Notes: generated by a model not told the origin, from the sequence alone. DNA of 64,000 bases from an uncultured PS1 clade bacterium (GCA_902537725.1 CACBCD010000001.1:5482-69481), one strand, 5' to 3'; shown: positions 10,832 to 21,243, counted from the stretch's first letter. Program-made: numbers and translations.

Positions 10832-12526
10832 ATGAAATTTTTTGTTTTTATAATTCTATACTTAACCTCTTTTACATCTATTTATGCAGAAAGTACCTCT
10901 CCATCTAAGGGAATAATAGCAACATCAAATCCCCATGCATCTAAAGCAGCAAAAGATATTATCGATAAAGGTGGAAATGCAATTGACGCTTCGGTCGCAG
11001 TTCAATTAGTTCTTACTCTTACTGAACCTCAGGCTACAGGAATTGGTGGAGGTGCTTTTATGCTTTATTGGGATGAGAGTACATCAAAGTTATATTCGGT
11101 AGACGGTAGAGAGAAGGCTCCATCGAAAGTTAATGAAAGTTTATTTTTAGATAAGAATGGTAATAAAAAAAGATTTTATCCTGATGCCGTTGTTGGCTCT
11201 CAGTCTGTAGGTGTTCCAGGTATTATAAAACTTCTAGAGGAGACTCATAAAAAATTTGGTAAATTGCCATGGGAAGATCTTTTTGAATATGCAATTAATT
11301 TATCTGAAAATGGATTTTCTGTTTCACCAGCGTTAAATTCAATTTTAGGTTATCTCAAACCCCTAAAAGAAATAGAGCCAGCAGCCTCTTTTTATTTTAT
11401 TGAGGGCCCTAAAGGTATAAAGAAACCTGTTCCTGTTGGTCATATATTAAAAAATATAGAGTACTCAAAAACACTAAAAAGATTAGCAAAATATGGTTCT
11501 GATGATTTTTATAAAGGAGAAACTGCAAAATTAATTATTGATACACTAAAGAATGATCATGAAGCCGCAAAAATGTCTTTTGAAGATTTAAAAAATTATC
11601 AAATTGTATGGAGAGAGCCCCTATGTAGAAAATATAGATCATATAATGTTTGTGCCATGGGTCCCCCATCATCTGGCGGATTGACAATGTTGATGATGCT
11701 TAAAATTTTTGAAAGTTTTGATATTAAATCAATGGGACCTAACTCAATTGAAATGGTCCATCTCTTTTCCGAAGTTAATAGAATTGCTTATGCTGATAGA
11801 GCTTATTATATGGCTGACTCTGATTTTATTGATGTACCAGTTGAAGGCTTGCTAAATAATTCCTATTTAGAGGAAAGAAAAAAAATCGTTAGTTCAAGAA
11901 GCTACATTAAAAATATTACACACGGTTATCCAAAAGGTGCAGAGGAATTTGAAAAAAATATCGATATTTCAAAACCCTCAACAAGTCATTTTGTTATAGT
12001 TGACAAAGATGGTAATGCAGTTTCTATGACTTCGACAGTTGAGGGCCCTTTTGGGAGCCACTTGATGGCGGGGGGTTTTATGCTTAATAATGAACTAACT
12101 GATTTTTCTATGTTACCTGAACTAAATGGTAGAAAGATAGCTAATAGGGTTCAGCCAAACAAAAGACCAATGTCTTCTATGACACCAACAATTATTTTTA
12201 AGGATAAAAATTTATTTGCCCTTACAGGATCTCCAGGGGGAACAAGTATAATTAATTATGTAACTAAATCAGTTTTAGGTCTTATTGACTGGGGTTTAGA
12301 TCCATCCGAAGTTACTGAATTGCCTCACTATATGAATAGAGGTAATTATACAGAATTAGAGAAAAATACAATTCTTGAGAATTTAGCTACTGAATTAGAA
12401 TCCTTAGGTCATCCAATTAAAATTCAGAATAAAAGAAGTGGTCTTCATATCGCATTAAAAAAAAATAATGGGTATATAGGATCGGCTGACCCAAGAAGAG
12501 AGGGTTTAGTTATCCCAATTAACTAA
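10832..12526 (+). CDS. ggt: Gamma-glutamyltransferase (secreted)
   Basis: Signal peptide; GGNAIDA, GIGGGAF, TSHF nucleophile, KRPMSSMTP and GSPGG motifs. Confidence 0.95.
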   Translation: MKFFVFIILYLTSFTSIYAESTSPSKGIIATSNPHASKAAKDIIDKGGNAIDASVAVQLVLTLTEPQATGIGGGAFMLYWDESTSKLYSVDGREKAPSKVNESLFLDKNGNKKRFYPDAVVGSQSVGVPGIIKLLEETHKKFGKLPWEDLFEYAINLSENGFSVSPALNSILGYLKPLKEIEPAASFYFIEGPKGIKKPVPVGHILKNIEYSKTLKRLAKYGSDDFYKGETAKLIIDTLKNDHEAAKMSFEDLKNYQIVWREPLCRKYRSYNVCAMGPPSSGGLTMLMMLKIFESFDIKSMGPNSIEMVHLFSEVNRIAYADRAYYMADSDFIDVPVEGLLNNSYLEERKKIVSSRSYIKNITHGYPKGAEEFEKNIDISKPSTSHFVIVDKDGNAVSMTSTVEGPFGSHLMAGGFMLNNELTDFSMLPELNGRKIANRVQPNKRPMSSMTPTIIFKDKNLFALTGSPGGTSIINYVTKSVLGLIDWGLDPSEVTELPHYMNRGNYTELEKNTILENLATELESLGHPIKIQNKRSGLHIALKKNNGYIGSADPRREGLVIPIN

Positions 12527-12540
12527 TCATATGGTTTTCA

Positions 12541-14055
12541 ATGAATCAAAATTTATATGAAATTTTATATAAAAATTTTAAATCAGATCTAGACAGAACC
12601 TGCTTAGAAATTCCAAATTGTAAAAAAATATCCTTTAGGGATTTAGATATTCTGTCGGCACACTTTGCTTCATTCTTGAATAGTTTGGGATTAAAAAAAG
12701 GTGATAGAATGATTTGTCAAATTGATAAATCCTTATCAGCGATTGGATTATATTTAGGTTGTTTAAGAACTGGAGTGATATATACACCTCTTAATACATC
12801 TTACACCAAGAATGAGGTTGAATATTTTATAAACAATATTGAACCCAAGTTATTTGTTTGTAGGCCAGAATCAAAAGATATCATTAAAAATATTTGTTCA
12901 CAATTAGACGTGCCTTCATTTATAGCTATTGGAACAAAAGAAAAGGATCCTGTGCTTAATGAAATTTTATCGACAAAACCTCTAAATATTTTTGAGAATT
13001 GTAGCGATCAAGATATTGCTGCAATTTTATTTACATCTGGTACGACGGGTAAATCAAAAGGGGCTATGATTACTCATGCTAATCTATCATCTAACGCACT
13101 GGCTTTGAGAGAAATATGGGGGTTTACTAGTGAAGATGTTTTATTACACGCTTTACCAATTTTTCATGTTCATGGATTATTTGTTGCTTTAAATACAGCT
13201 TTATTAAGTGCCTCAAAAATAATTTTTTTGGAAAAATTTAATATCGAAGATGTTGTAAGAAATCTATCTAAGTCAACTGTTATGATGGGTGTCCCAACTT
13301 ACTATAATAGATTGGTTAATGAAGTAGAATTTAAGAGTGATTCCTATAACAAAATGCGTTTATTTATTTCTGGATCTGCACCATTAATTGAAAAAACTTT
13401 TAATGAATTTAAAGAAAAAACAAATCATTCGATTCTAGAAAGATACGGAATGACTGAGACAGGAATGATTACTTCTAACCCTCTTCATGGAAATAGATTA
13501 GAGGGAACAGTTGGCTTTCCTCTTCCTAAAGTTTCAATTAGAGCTACGAAGGACGGAGAGGTTTTAGCTGATAATGAGAAAGGTGTAATTGAGGTAAAAG
13601 GGCCTAACGTCTTTAGGGGTTATTGGAGAATGGAAGAGAAAACTAAGGAAGAATTTACTGAGGATGGCTTTTTTATAACAGGTGATATTGGTCAGATTGA
13701 TAAAAATGGACGGCTCACTTTGTCTGGAAGGTCAAGTGATATGATTATCTCAGGAGGGTACAATGTATATCCAAAAGAAATTGAAATAATTTTAAATACT
13801 ATTAAAGGAATAAGAGAGAGCGCAATAATTGGTGTTAAGCATTCAGATTTGGGCGAATCTCCTATAGCAATTTTAGTTTCAGAGAGCGAAGATTACAAAA
13901 TTTCTGATAAGGAAATTATTGAAATATTAAATGAAAAAATTGCCAAATATAAAATACCGAAATTATTTATTTGGATTAATGAATTACCTCTTAACGCTAT
14001 GGGGAAAGTACAAAAGAAAAATTTACGTATTAAATATGAAAAAATTTTATTATGA
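12541..14055 (+). CDS. matB: Malonyl-CoA synthetase-like acyl-CoA ligase
   Basis: TSGTTGKSKG, LHALPIFHVHGLF, ERYGMTE and NAMGKVQK motifs. Confidence 0.88.
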   Translation: MNQNLYEILYKNFKSDLDRTCLEIPNCKKISFRDLDILSAHFASFLNSLGLKKGDRMICQIDKSLSAIGLYLGCLRTGVIYTPLNTSYTKNEVEYFINNIEPKLFVCRPESKDIIKNICSQLDVPSFIAIGTKEKDPVLNEILSTKPLNIFENCSDQDIAAILFTSGTTGKSKGAMITHANLSSNALALREIWGFTSEDVLLHALPIFHVHGLFVALNTALLSASKIIFLEKFNIEDVVRNLSKSTVMMGVPTYYNRLVNEVEFKSDSYNKMRLFISGSAPLIEKTFNEFKEKTNHSILERYGMTETGMITSNPLHGNRLEGTVGFPLPKVSIRATKDGEVLADNEKGVIEVKGPNVFRGYWRMEEKTKEEFTEDGFFITGDIGQIDKNGRLTLSGRSSDMIISGGYNVYPKEIEIILNTIKGIRESAIIGVKHSDLGESPIAILVSESEDYKISDKEIIEILNEKIAKYKIPKLFIWINELPLNAMGKVQKKNLRIKYEKILL

Positions 14056-14082
14056 TTAGATTTTATTTTTAGAGGATATGAA

Positions 14083-14463
14083 ATGAATAATACTACAAGA
14101 GCTTTAAAATTTATTGAACATTGGAACAATAGAGATATTGAGGGAATCATAGACTCTATGACTGATGATTGCTTTTATCATAATATTCCAATGGATCCTC
14201 AGCGTGGTAAGGATGAAATTAGACCTTCTTTAGAAGCATTCATTCAAATGGCATCAAATATTGAGTGGATTGTCCATAACATTGCTGAGAATTCTGATGG
14301 AATTGTTCTTACAGAAAGAACCGACAGATTTGAAATTAATGGCCAGTGGATGGATATTTTAGTAATGGGAGTTATGGAGTTTAAAGATGGTCTCATATGC
14401 AATTGGAGAGATTATTTTGATATGAAGACTTATGAACAGGAAACTGCCAGAGTTTTAGGATAA
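14083..14463 (+). CDS. Limonene-1,2-epoxide hydrolase family (NTF2-like) protein
   Basis: YHNIP, TERTD and WRDYFD motifs carrying the LEH catalytic Tyr/Asn/Arg/Asp/Asp set. Confidence 0.88.
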   Translation: MNNTTRALKFIEHWNNRDIEGIIDSMTDDCFYHNIPMDPQRGKDEIRPSLEAFIQMASNIEWIVHNIAENSDGIVLTERTDRFEINGQWMDILVMGVMEFKDGLICNWRDYFDMKTYEQETARVLG

Positions 14464-14542
14464 TGAATCATCTTTCTACTCACTTTTTAGTTATTGAGTT
14501 GACTTGTTAGTCAGTGAATTTTAACTCCTGATTAATAATTAA

Positions 14543-15076
14543 TTACAGGATTAATTTATTTAGATAAAAATGAAATGGATTTTTTCCGTTCCAATCCTTT
14601 GACTGCTGATATAAAAATTCATAGAAATTATTTATGTCATCCCTTTTTTCATAAATCTCATAGAAGTGATTTATTTCATCGCCTGGATAAAACCAAGCGA
14701 ATTTCATTCCGCTTCTGTGCCCTACGTTTGCAGATAATACCTCCTCACAACCTTGTTTTTCTAAAATTTCTTTTTCTTTTTCAAAATCAGGAGCAATCCA
14801 GGCAACATGATGTATTCCTTTTGAGTTACTATTTTTTGGAATATCTTGAATTTTATGATCACATATTAACTCAATCATAGTGTTTTCTTTCCAACCGTAT
14901 GCTGATGAATGGTCAAACTCACTTTCTTTTTTATTAACAAGAGTATTTTGTATTTTTATATGTTCATTTAAATAGAATGGTCCAATATTATATTTTTTTG
15001 ACCAAAATGTTGCGGCTTCTCTGATATCTCTAACTGCATAGGCTATTTGTATAATTGGACGTTCAGAACTAAACAT
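14543..15076 (-). CDS. VOC (glyoxalase-like) family protein
   Basis: QIAYAV.D, GPF, IELI, GIHHVA and YEIYE pattern. Confidence 0.82.
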   Translation of the reverse strand: MFSSERPIIQIAYAVRDIREAATFWSKKYNIGPFYLNEHIKIQNTLVNKKESEFDHSSAYGWKENTMIELICDHKIQDIPKNSNSKGIHHVAWIAPDFEKEKEILEKQGCEEVLSANVGHRSGMKFAWFYPGDEINHFYEIYEKRDDINNFYEFLYQQSKDWNGKNPFHFYLNKLIL

Positions 15077-15160
15077 TTTAATACTTTACAATTTTTTTAT
15101 GAAAAGCCTAGACAATTTTTTTTATCTAGGAAAAAATACGTTAATTTTGAGGAGTTACAA

Positions 15161-16828
15161 ATGTCAGATAATTCTATGGTAATTCGAAATGCAACAATTG
15201 TTGATGGAACTGGAGGAGATCCTTTTGAAGGTGACGTATTTATTAAGGATGGCATAATCCAAGAGGTTGGAAATATTAGCAATGATTGTGATAAACAAAT
15301 TGATGCTAAGGGCTTGATACTGTCACCAGGGTTTATAGATATACATACACACTTCGATCCACAGTTATGCTGGGATGGTTATGCAACTCCTTCAATTGAA
15401 CACGGAGTTACAACTGTTGTTACAGGAAATTGTTCTTTATCTCTTGCGCCAATTAGGAATGGCGGTGAAAATAAAATTATCTCAATGTTTCAGGTAATTG
15501 AAGATATTAAAAAACCAACTTTTGAAGAAGCGGTGCCTTTTTCATGGGAGAGTTTTGGAGAGTATCTTGACCATATCAAACCTGGACTAGGAATTAATGT
15601 TGGTGCTTTGATTGGTCATTCTGCAGTTCGTTTGTATGTAATGGGCGAAGACAGCCAGAAAAGAGAAGCAACAGATGATGAAATTAAACAAATGGTTGAA
15701 ATTGTTGAAATGGCTATGAAGCATGGAGCGTTAGGCGTCTCATCTTCATATGTTGATGTTGATGAGAATTTTGATCCTGTACCCAGCCGTTTTTCATGCA
15801 TAAAAGAAAAAATAGCACTTGCGAAAGCGGCTACCATAACAGGTAGAGGTGTCTGGCAGGTTGTTCCATATTTTATTGACATGGAAACTCAATTAAAAAA
15901 TATTCATGAGTTAGGGGATATAAGTTTAGAGACAGGCATTATGTGTACTTTTCAACCAGTATTATCTACTCCTGATGCTCCTAAAGCAGAGAGAATTATG
16001 GAAGCTCTTCAAAAAGAGAGAGATAGGGGAGCAAAAGTATTCGGTCAAACTATGCCTCGTTGCTTTGACTTGAATATGCGCTTATCTGAGACAAGCATGC
16101 TTTTATTTGGAATGCCTACTTGGAAATCTATTATGGATTTATCAGTAAAAGATAGAAAAGAGGCATTTTCAAATATAGATAATCAAAAAATACTTGTTGA
16201 AGAAGCTAGAAACGCTCAAGGGATGAGCGCTGCATTACCGATGCTTAAAGTTGGTCAAGTTTATTCGGATGATAATAAAAAATATACTGGAAAATATTTA
16301 GCTGAAATTGCTCAAACTGAGGAAAAAGAAATTGGACAAGTGATTTTAGATATTGCTAATGCCGATGACTTAAAGACTGAATTTCAACTTATGGATGTAA
16401 TTAACTCTGATAAAGAGTCTGTTTCTTATCTTATTATGAATGAACTTTGTCACTTTGGAGCATCTGATGCTGGTGCTCACATTACTCAATTTTGTGGTAC
16501 AGGAGACACTACTCACCTTTTAGAACATTACGTAAGAAATACTAATAAAATATCTTTATCAACAGCTATTCATAGAATGACAAAAGAAGTTGCGGATGAT
16601 TGGGGTCTCTTTGATAGAGGAGAGATCAAAGAAGGTAAAGCTGCTGATTTAGTTCTATTTGATATTAATGAGGTGGGAATTTCTAATGAAGAATTCGTCA
16701 ATGATTTTCCTGGCGAAGCCAGTCGTTACATGCGGTATTCAAAAGGCTATGAGAAAGTCATTGTTAACGGTGCAGTTGTTTATGAAAATAACGAATATAC
16801 TGATATTAAAAGCGGAACTATAGTTTAA
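15161..16828 (+). CDS. Amidohydrolase, N-acyl-D-amino-acid deacylase family (start ATG 15161)
   Basis: PGFIDIHTHFD, GNCS, SDAGAH and DRG.IKEG.AADLVLFD motifs; GAGGAG SD before 15161. Confidence 0.9.
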   Translation: MSDNSMVIRNATIVDGTGGDPFEGDVFIKDGIIQEVGNISNDCDKQIDAKGLILSPGFIDIHTHFDPQLCWDGYATPSIEHGVTTVVTGNCSLSLAPIRNGGENKIISMFQVIEDIKKPTFEEAVPFSWESFGEYLDHIKPGLGINVGALIGHSAVRLYVMGEDSQKREATDDEIKQMVEIVEMAMKHGALGVSSSYVDVDENFDPVPSRFSCIKEKIALAKAATITGRGVWQVVPYFIDMETQLKNIHELGDISLETGIMCTFQPVLSTPDAPKAERIMEALQKERDRGAKVFGQTMPRCFDLNMRLSETSMLLFGMPTWKSIMDLSVKDRKEAFSNIDNQKILVEEARNAQGMSAALPMLKVGQVYSDDNKKYTGKYLAEIAQTEEKEIGQVILDIANADDLKTEFQLMDVINSDKESVSYLIMNELCHFGASDAGAHITQFCGTGDTTHLLEHYVRNTNKISLSTAIHRMTKEVADDWGLFDRGEIKEGKAADLVLFDINEVGISNEEFVNDFPGEASRYMRYSKGYEKVIVNGAVVYENNEYTDIKSGTIV

Positions 16829-16871
16829 ATTTTTTGATAACCATAATTTCACATGGTTTATGAGGTAAAAA

Positions 16872-18218
16872 ATGGATCAAGTACAAATTGATAAGATAAA
16901 AGATTTGATTGAATATGAAAGAAATAGAACATCTCCACCATCAACATTTCCTAAATTACCAGATCTTCCAGGAAAGAGATATACTGATAGAGAATTCTTT
17001 GAGTTAGAAAAAGAAAATTTATGGAAAAAGACCTGGCTTTTGGCTGGTCATCTTGATGAGATTCCAGAAACTGGTTGTTATAAACTTTGGGAAAAAACAG
17101 GCCAGCCAGTTATTATTGTAAGAAAAAACAAAAATGAAGTGACTGCTTTTTATAATATGTGTCGTCACAGAGGTGCTGCAATTGTTAGAGAGGATTATGG
17201 TAAGGAAAAAAGCTTATTATGTGGCTACCATGGCTGGAATTATAATTTTGATGGAGATTTGATTGGTAAAAGGGATCCTCAAGACTTTGTAGATTTTGAT
17301 GATAGCTGCAGAAGTCTTCATAAAATCAATATTGAGTTATTGGGAAATCTTATATTTATAAATTTTGATCTTAATGCAATTACTTTGAAAGAAAGCTTAG
17401 GCCCTATTTATGAAGAGCTTAAAGAATTTCAGCTAGGATCTCTGCGTTTGGTTGATCAGTATAGCTATGATGTAAAATGTAATTGGAAAATTGCAATGGA
17501 AGCAAATATGGAAGTCTACCATGTTCAATCAATTCATCCTAAAACTGTTCACGTAGGCTTAGATTATCGAGGAAATGTAAATACTTTTTATCCTCATGGT
17601 CATGGCAGAATGGTAGCGCCAAGTAGATCTTACCCCGATTTACCAGTTTATGGTGTTGCTGATTCTTCAGACCCAAATGCAACCAGTTATCATCCGCTTC
17701 CAAAGGGTGCTAAAAAGCTGGGAATAGAAATTGGCACTGTAGATCCAAGACCTGAAATAGAGACAGCAGGATATATATCTAGAACGTGTACTCAATCCTA
17801 TAACCTAATGCCTAATTTAGTTTCCCCAATGTCAGAGAGAGGTTTTCCTATATTACAATGGTGGCCAACTAGTATTAACGAATGTATTTTTGAGGTTATG
17901 TGGATAGCTCCTGATTGGGGTGGAGGAGAAAGGCCTGAGATATGGGACTCTCAAATTCAAGGATTTAATGATGTTCTCGATGAGGATCTTCAATTTGGAG
18001 GCTGGATTCAAAAAGCTGTCGACTCTTATGCTTTTGATGGCGTACCCCTTAGTTACCAAGAGGCAAGAATTTATCATTGGCATCAAGAAGTAGATAAAAT
18101 TATTGGTATAAATAAGATTCCAAAAGAACTCAGAGTAGTACAGGCAATGGGTGATGATTGGACGTATCCAAATGATATTGAACAAAGATTAAAAGAATAT
18201 AATTCAAAGTCCACTTAA
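16872..18218 (+). CDS. Rieske non-heme iron oxygenase alpha subunit
   Basis: CRHRG...CGYHGW Rieske motif; EVYHVQSIH and ED mononuclear Fe ligands. Confidence 0.93.
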   Translation: MDQVQIDKIKDLIEYERNRTSPPSTFPKLPDLPGKRYTDREFFELEKENLWKKTWLLAGHLDEIPETGCYKLWEKTGQPVIIVRKNKNEVTAFYNMCRHRGAAIVREDYGKEKSLLCGYHGWNYNFDGDLIGKRDPQDFVDFDDSCRSLHKINIELLGNLIFINFDLNAITLKESLGPIYEELKEFQLGSLRLVDQYSYDVKCNWKIAMEANMEVYHVQSIHPKTVHVGLDYRGNVNTFYPHGHGRMVAPSRSYPDLPVYGVADSSDPNATSYHPLPKGAKKLGIEIGTVDPRPEIETAGYISRTCTQSYNLMPNLVSPMSERGFPILQWWPTSINECIFEVMWIAPDWGGGERPEIWDSQIQGFNDVLDEDLQFGGWIQKAVDSYAFDGVPLSYQEARIYHWHQEVDKIIGINKIPKELRVVQAMGDDWTYPNDIEQRLKEYNSKST

Positions 18219-18223
18219 TTTAT

Positions 18224-18757
18224 TTATCTTTTTATATCGCTATCAATTAAAACAGCAATAAGTAATGCAGGTTCATTTCCATTATTGATCCAAGCATGAT
18301 TAGTCCCTCTTTGAACAACTGTATCAAAAGGTTTAAGTCTAACTTCATCTTTATCTAATAAAAGAGTAACATCTCCCTTTAATAGAATTATGTAATCAAT
18401 AGTTTTTGTTTGATGCATTGCATGATGTCTAGAGGTGTCAATTCTCTCATGTGTGGCGCCAATTTTTTCAAAAGCAATTGCTGCTGCTTCTTCAAGTTTT
18501 TCTATTGGTATATTCTTTGGGGTTGCTTGAATTTCAAAATATCTAAATTTTGTACCATTTGCCTCCGGAGATAAGATTATTTCAATATCAGCCCTATCCC
18601 TATTATCCAAAGTATCGATTTTTTTTCCATCTGTATTCCAAATCTCAAATAATCCACCAACATCTTCACCTATTGTTCTTGAAGGTCCTCCATCAATTAT
18701 AATTATAGATTTACCCTCTTCATCGTGACCTGTAACAATGCGTCTTAAATTCTCCAT
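18224..18757 (-). CDS. Cupin domain protein
   Basis: RRIVTGHD.EGKS, MHQTKTIDY and QRGTNHAW motifs. Confidence 0.9.
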   Translation of the reverse strand: MENLRRIVTGHDEEGKSIIIIDGGPSRTIGEDVGGLFEIWNTDGKKIDTLDNRDRADIEIILSPEANGTKFRYFEIQATPKNIPIEKLEEAAAIAFEKIGATHERIDTSRHHAMHQTKTIDYIILLKGDVTLLLDKDEVRLKPFDTVVQRGTNHAWINNGNEPALLIAVLIDSDIKR

Positions 18758-18967
18758 TTTCCTCTCTTAAAGTCTTTATTATGTAATATTATATTTGCAT
18801 TATTAAATTTAAAACTATCAATAAAATAAAAAGTTATCCCCATAATCCACAGTATTATGTATAAGTTTTTGATTTTTTGATAAATTTTTCACTTTTCACT
18901 CTTTCATTATGCATCTAACTGAAAGACGCTAGTTGAGAATTATTATTAATATCTATGGGAGTGGATA

Positions 18968-19744
18968 ATGAAAAATCTTTTTATTAGTTTTATAATTTTG
19001 GTTGCTACTATTTCATTTACATCAATTTTAAAAGCAGATGACCATGCTGAACAATCATATTTTAATTTTCAAGTGAATTTTTGTAAATTGAATGAAGGAT
19101 CCACAATGGAAGATTATTCAAATGCAGTTAATAATTATATTAAATGGTCAAAGAAAAATGATGTGGAGGTTTATGTATCTAGGCAAATGCCTTTATTTCC
19201 TCATGATAATTTTGTTTCTGACCGTGGATATGATTTTCAGGAAATCCTAGCTGGCCCTCATAATACGACTGGAAAGGCATGGGATATGTGGTTAGGCACT
19301 AAGGAAGGTCAGAAGTTAGCTAAAAAATGGCAGGAAGCTGCGACATGTTATGTTAAGTGGGGCCATGCTTATCCTCAATATACTGATCAAAAAGCTCTTG
19401 AATCGGATGAAGATCGTGTAGTTAGTTGGAACTGGTGCACAAGAAAGAGTGGTGTTTCACTAGATGATTTACAGGCTCGTCATGAGGTGATGATTGAGGA
19501 ACTTAAAAAAGATAATATTGGTCTTAGTGGTTGGTTTATAGTTCAACCTGTTACTGGTGCAGCACAAGCTCCTGGCGGTTTTGTTCATTTAGGTTTTTAT
19601 GATGATGTTGAGTCTTTTATGAAATATAAAGAGGCTTTTGCAGCCGGCGGTTGGGTAGATTATGTTGATTATACAGATAATTATGCCAGTTGTATCGGGG
19701 AAGAACTATATTCTGAGCAAGTTTTAAACTTTCCAAAAAATTAA
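18968..19744 (+). CDS. Secreted hypothetical protein with two repeated Cys-bracketed domains (paralog 1)
   Basis: Signal peptide ending ILKA|DDH; internal repeat FCKLNEG.TMED / WCTRKSG.SLDD; GGGAG SD. Confidence 0.85.
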   Translation: MKNLFISFIILVATISFTSILKADDHAEQSYFNFQVNFCKLNEGSTMEDYSNAVNNYIKWSKKNDVEVYVSRQMPLFPHDNFVSDRGYDFQEILAGPHNTTGKAWDMWLGTKEGQKLAKKWQEAATCYVKWGHAYPQYTDQKALESDEDRVVSWNWCTRKSGVSLDDLQARHEVMIEELKKDNIGLSGWFIVQPVTGAAQAPGGFVHLGFYDDVESFMKYKEAFAAGGWVDYVDYTDNYASCIGEELYSEQVLNFPKN

Positions 19745-19772
19745 TATAAATTAACAAAATATAGGAAAAAAA

Positions 19773-20540
19773 ATGAAAAAAATAATATTAGCTTTTTTAA
19801 CGTTTGTACTAATCTTCTCATTATCAGAGAATGCTAATGCTGATGATCATATGGGTCCATCAAACTTACAAATTCAACTTTGTAAGTTAAATGAAGGCGT
19901 AACAATGAATGATTATGACTCATTAATAAATGAATATTTCAAATGGGCAAAAAAGAACGATGTAGAGGTATTCTTTGCTCGTCAAACACCATTGTATCCT
20001 CAGAACTCTTTTATTAGAGCAGGTTATGATTTTGTTGAATTACTAAATACTTCTCATATCAATGCAGGTAAAGGCTGGGATAAATGGTTAGGTACAAAAT
20101 CAGGACAAAAATTAAATGAAAAATGGCAAAAACTTGCTAGTTGTGCCGTTAAAATTTCCGCAGTAGTACCAAACTATTTAAATGAAAAAGCTCTTGCTGA
20201 AGATAAAGACAGGATTGTTTCATGGAATTGGTGCTCTCTAAATGAAGGCGTAAGCTATGAGGATTTACTCGAAGAACATGCAAAACGAGCTAGTGAACTT
20301 GAGGAAAATCCAAGAGGCCTAATTGGTTGGGCTAATGTTTACCCAAGAATTGGCATGGAAGAGGCACCTGGAGATTTCGCTCACATTGCCGTTTACCCTG
20401 ATGTTGAGTCAGCTCAAATATATCAGCAAGATCAGTCAGATGGAGGATGGAAATCTTATAGAGATTATAATGAGAATTTTGCTAGTTGTATGGGCGATGG
20501 GTTTATGATCGAAAAAGTTCTTAATGATCCAAATAATTAA
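19773..20540 (+). CDS. Secreted hypothetical protein (paralog 2)
   Basis: Signal peptide ANA|DDH; shares CKLNEG, KKNDVEV, GYDF, WLGTK.GQKL, VSWNWC and ASC with paralog 1. Confidence 0.85.
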   Translation: MKKIILAFLTFVLIFSLSENANADDHMGPSNLQIQLCKLNEGVTMNDYDSLINEYFKWAKKNDVEVFFARQTPLYPQNSFIRAGYDFVELLNTSHINAGKGWDKWLGTKSGQKLNEKWQKLASCAVKISAVVPNYLNEKALAEDKDRIVSWNWCSLNEGVSYEDLLEEHAKRASELEENPRGLIGWANVYPRIGMEEAPGDFAHIAVYPDVESAQIYQQDQSDGGWKSYRDYNENFASCMGDGFMIEKVLNDPNN

Positions 20541-20556
20541 AAAAAAGGAGAAAAAA

Positions 20557-21243
20557 ATGAAGAAATTTTTATTGATGCCAATTATTTTTGGTGTTCTATC
20601 TTTTGTAAAGTTAGAAGCTGCACCAATGGATGCTTATTATTGTTTTTCTACTACTGAGGATGCAGCAGTGGTTGAAAAAATGGATAATTTTATGGCAAGT
20701 GAAGCCGCAAAAGATCTTCCCTCAGTAACTTTGTGGGCAATGTTATTGAATGGTCAAGAACCTGAGACACATTGTGTGGTTCAGCAACACCCGAATGGAG
20801 CCTCTTTTGAAAAGGCTGGAGCAATCTTTCAATCACAAGCCGGACAAGATTTCTTGAGAGATCTATCTACTGTAATTGTTCCCGGTCTTGAAGGCGCCGG
20901 AACACCTATGCTTAATTTTGGTGATGTAGATTTCAAAAAAAATCCATATTTAGCGCTTTATAATGTAAAAGTAAAAGATGCGAAAAGGTATGGAGAAGTT
21001 TTTTCAGACTTTATGGGGTCAGCTGATTTACCCGGTTCAGCAACTCTTTATCAAGATACCTTTACAGGAACAGAAAATAGAACTCACTATGTTGTAATGT
21101 CAGGGCCATCATTAGATGCTCTAATGGATGGTATTTCATCAACACTAAATAGTGATCTCGGTCAAAAATTTCAAAAAAGAGCTAGCAGTGTTAGAAAATT
21201 ATTAAGTACAAATTTAATGCTTCATGTTAAGACTTGGAATTAA
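20557..21243 (+). CDS. Secreted hypothetical protein with internal duplication (start ATG 20557)
   Basis: AGGAG SD; signal peptide; repeats NGQEPETHCVV / TGTENRTHYVV and SQAGQDF / SDLGQKF. Confidence 0.82.
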   Translation: MKKFLLMPIIFGVLSFVKLEAAPMDAYYCFSTTEDAAVVEKMDNFMASEAAKDLPSVTLWAMLLNGQEPETHCVVQQHPNGASFEKAGAIFQSQAGQDFLRDLSTVIVPGLEGAGTPMLNFGDVDFKKNPYLALYNVKVKDAKRYGEVFSDFMGSADLPGSATLYQDTFTGTENRTHYVVMSGPSLDALMDGISSTLNSDLGQKFQKRASSVRKLLSTNLMLHVKTWN

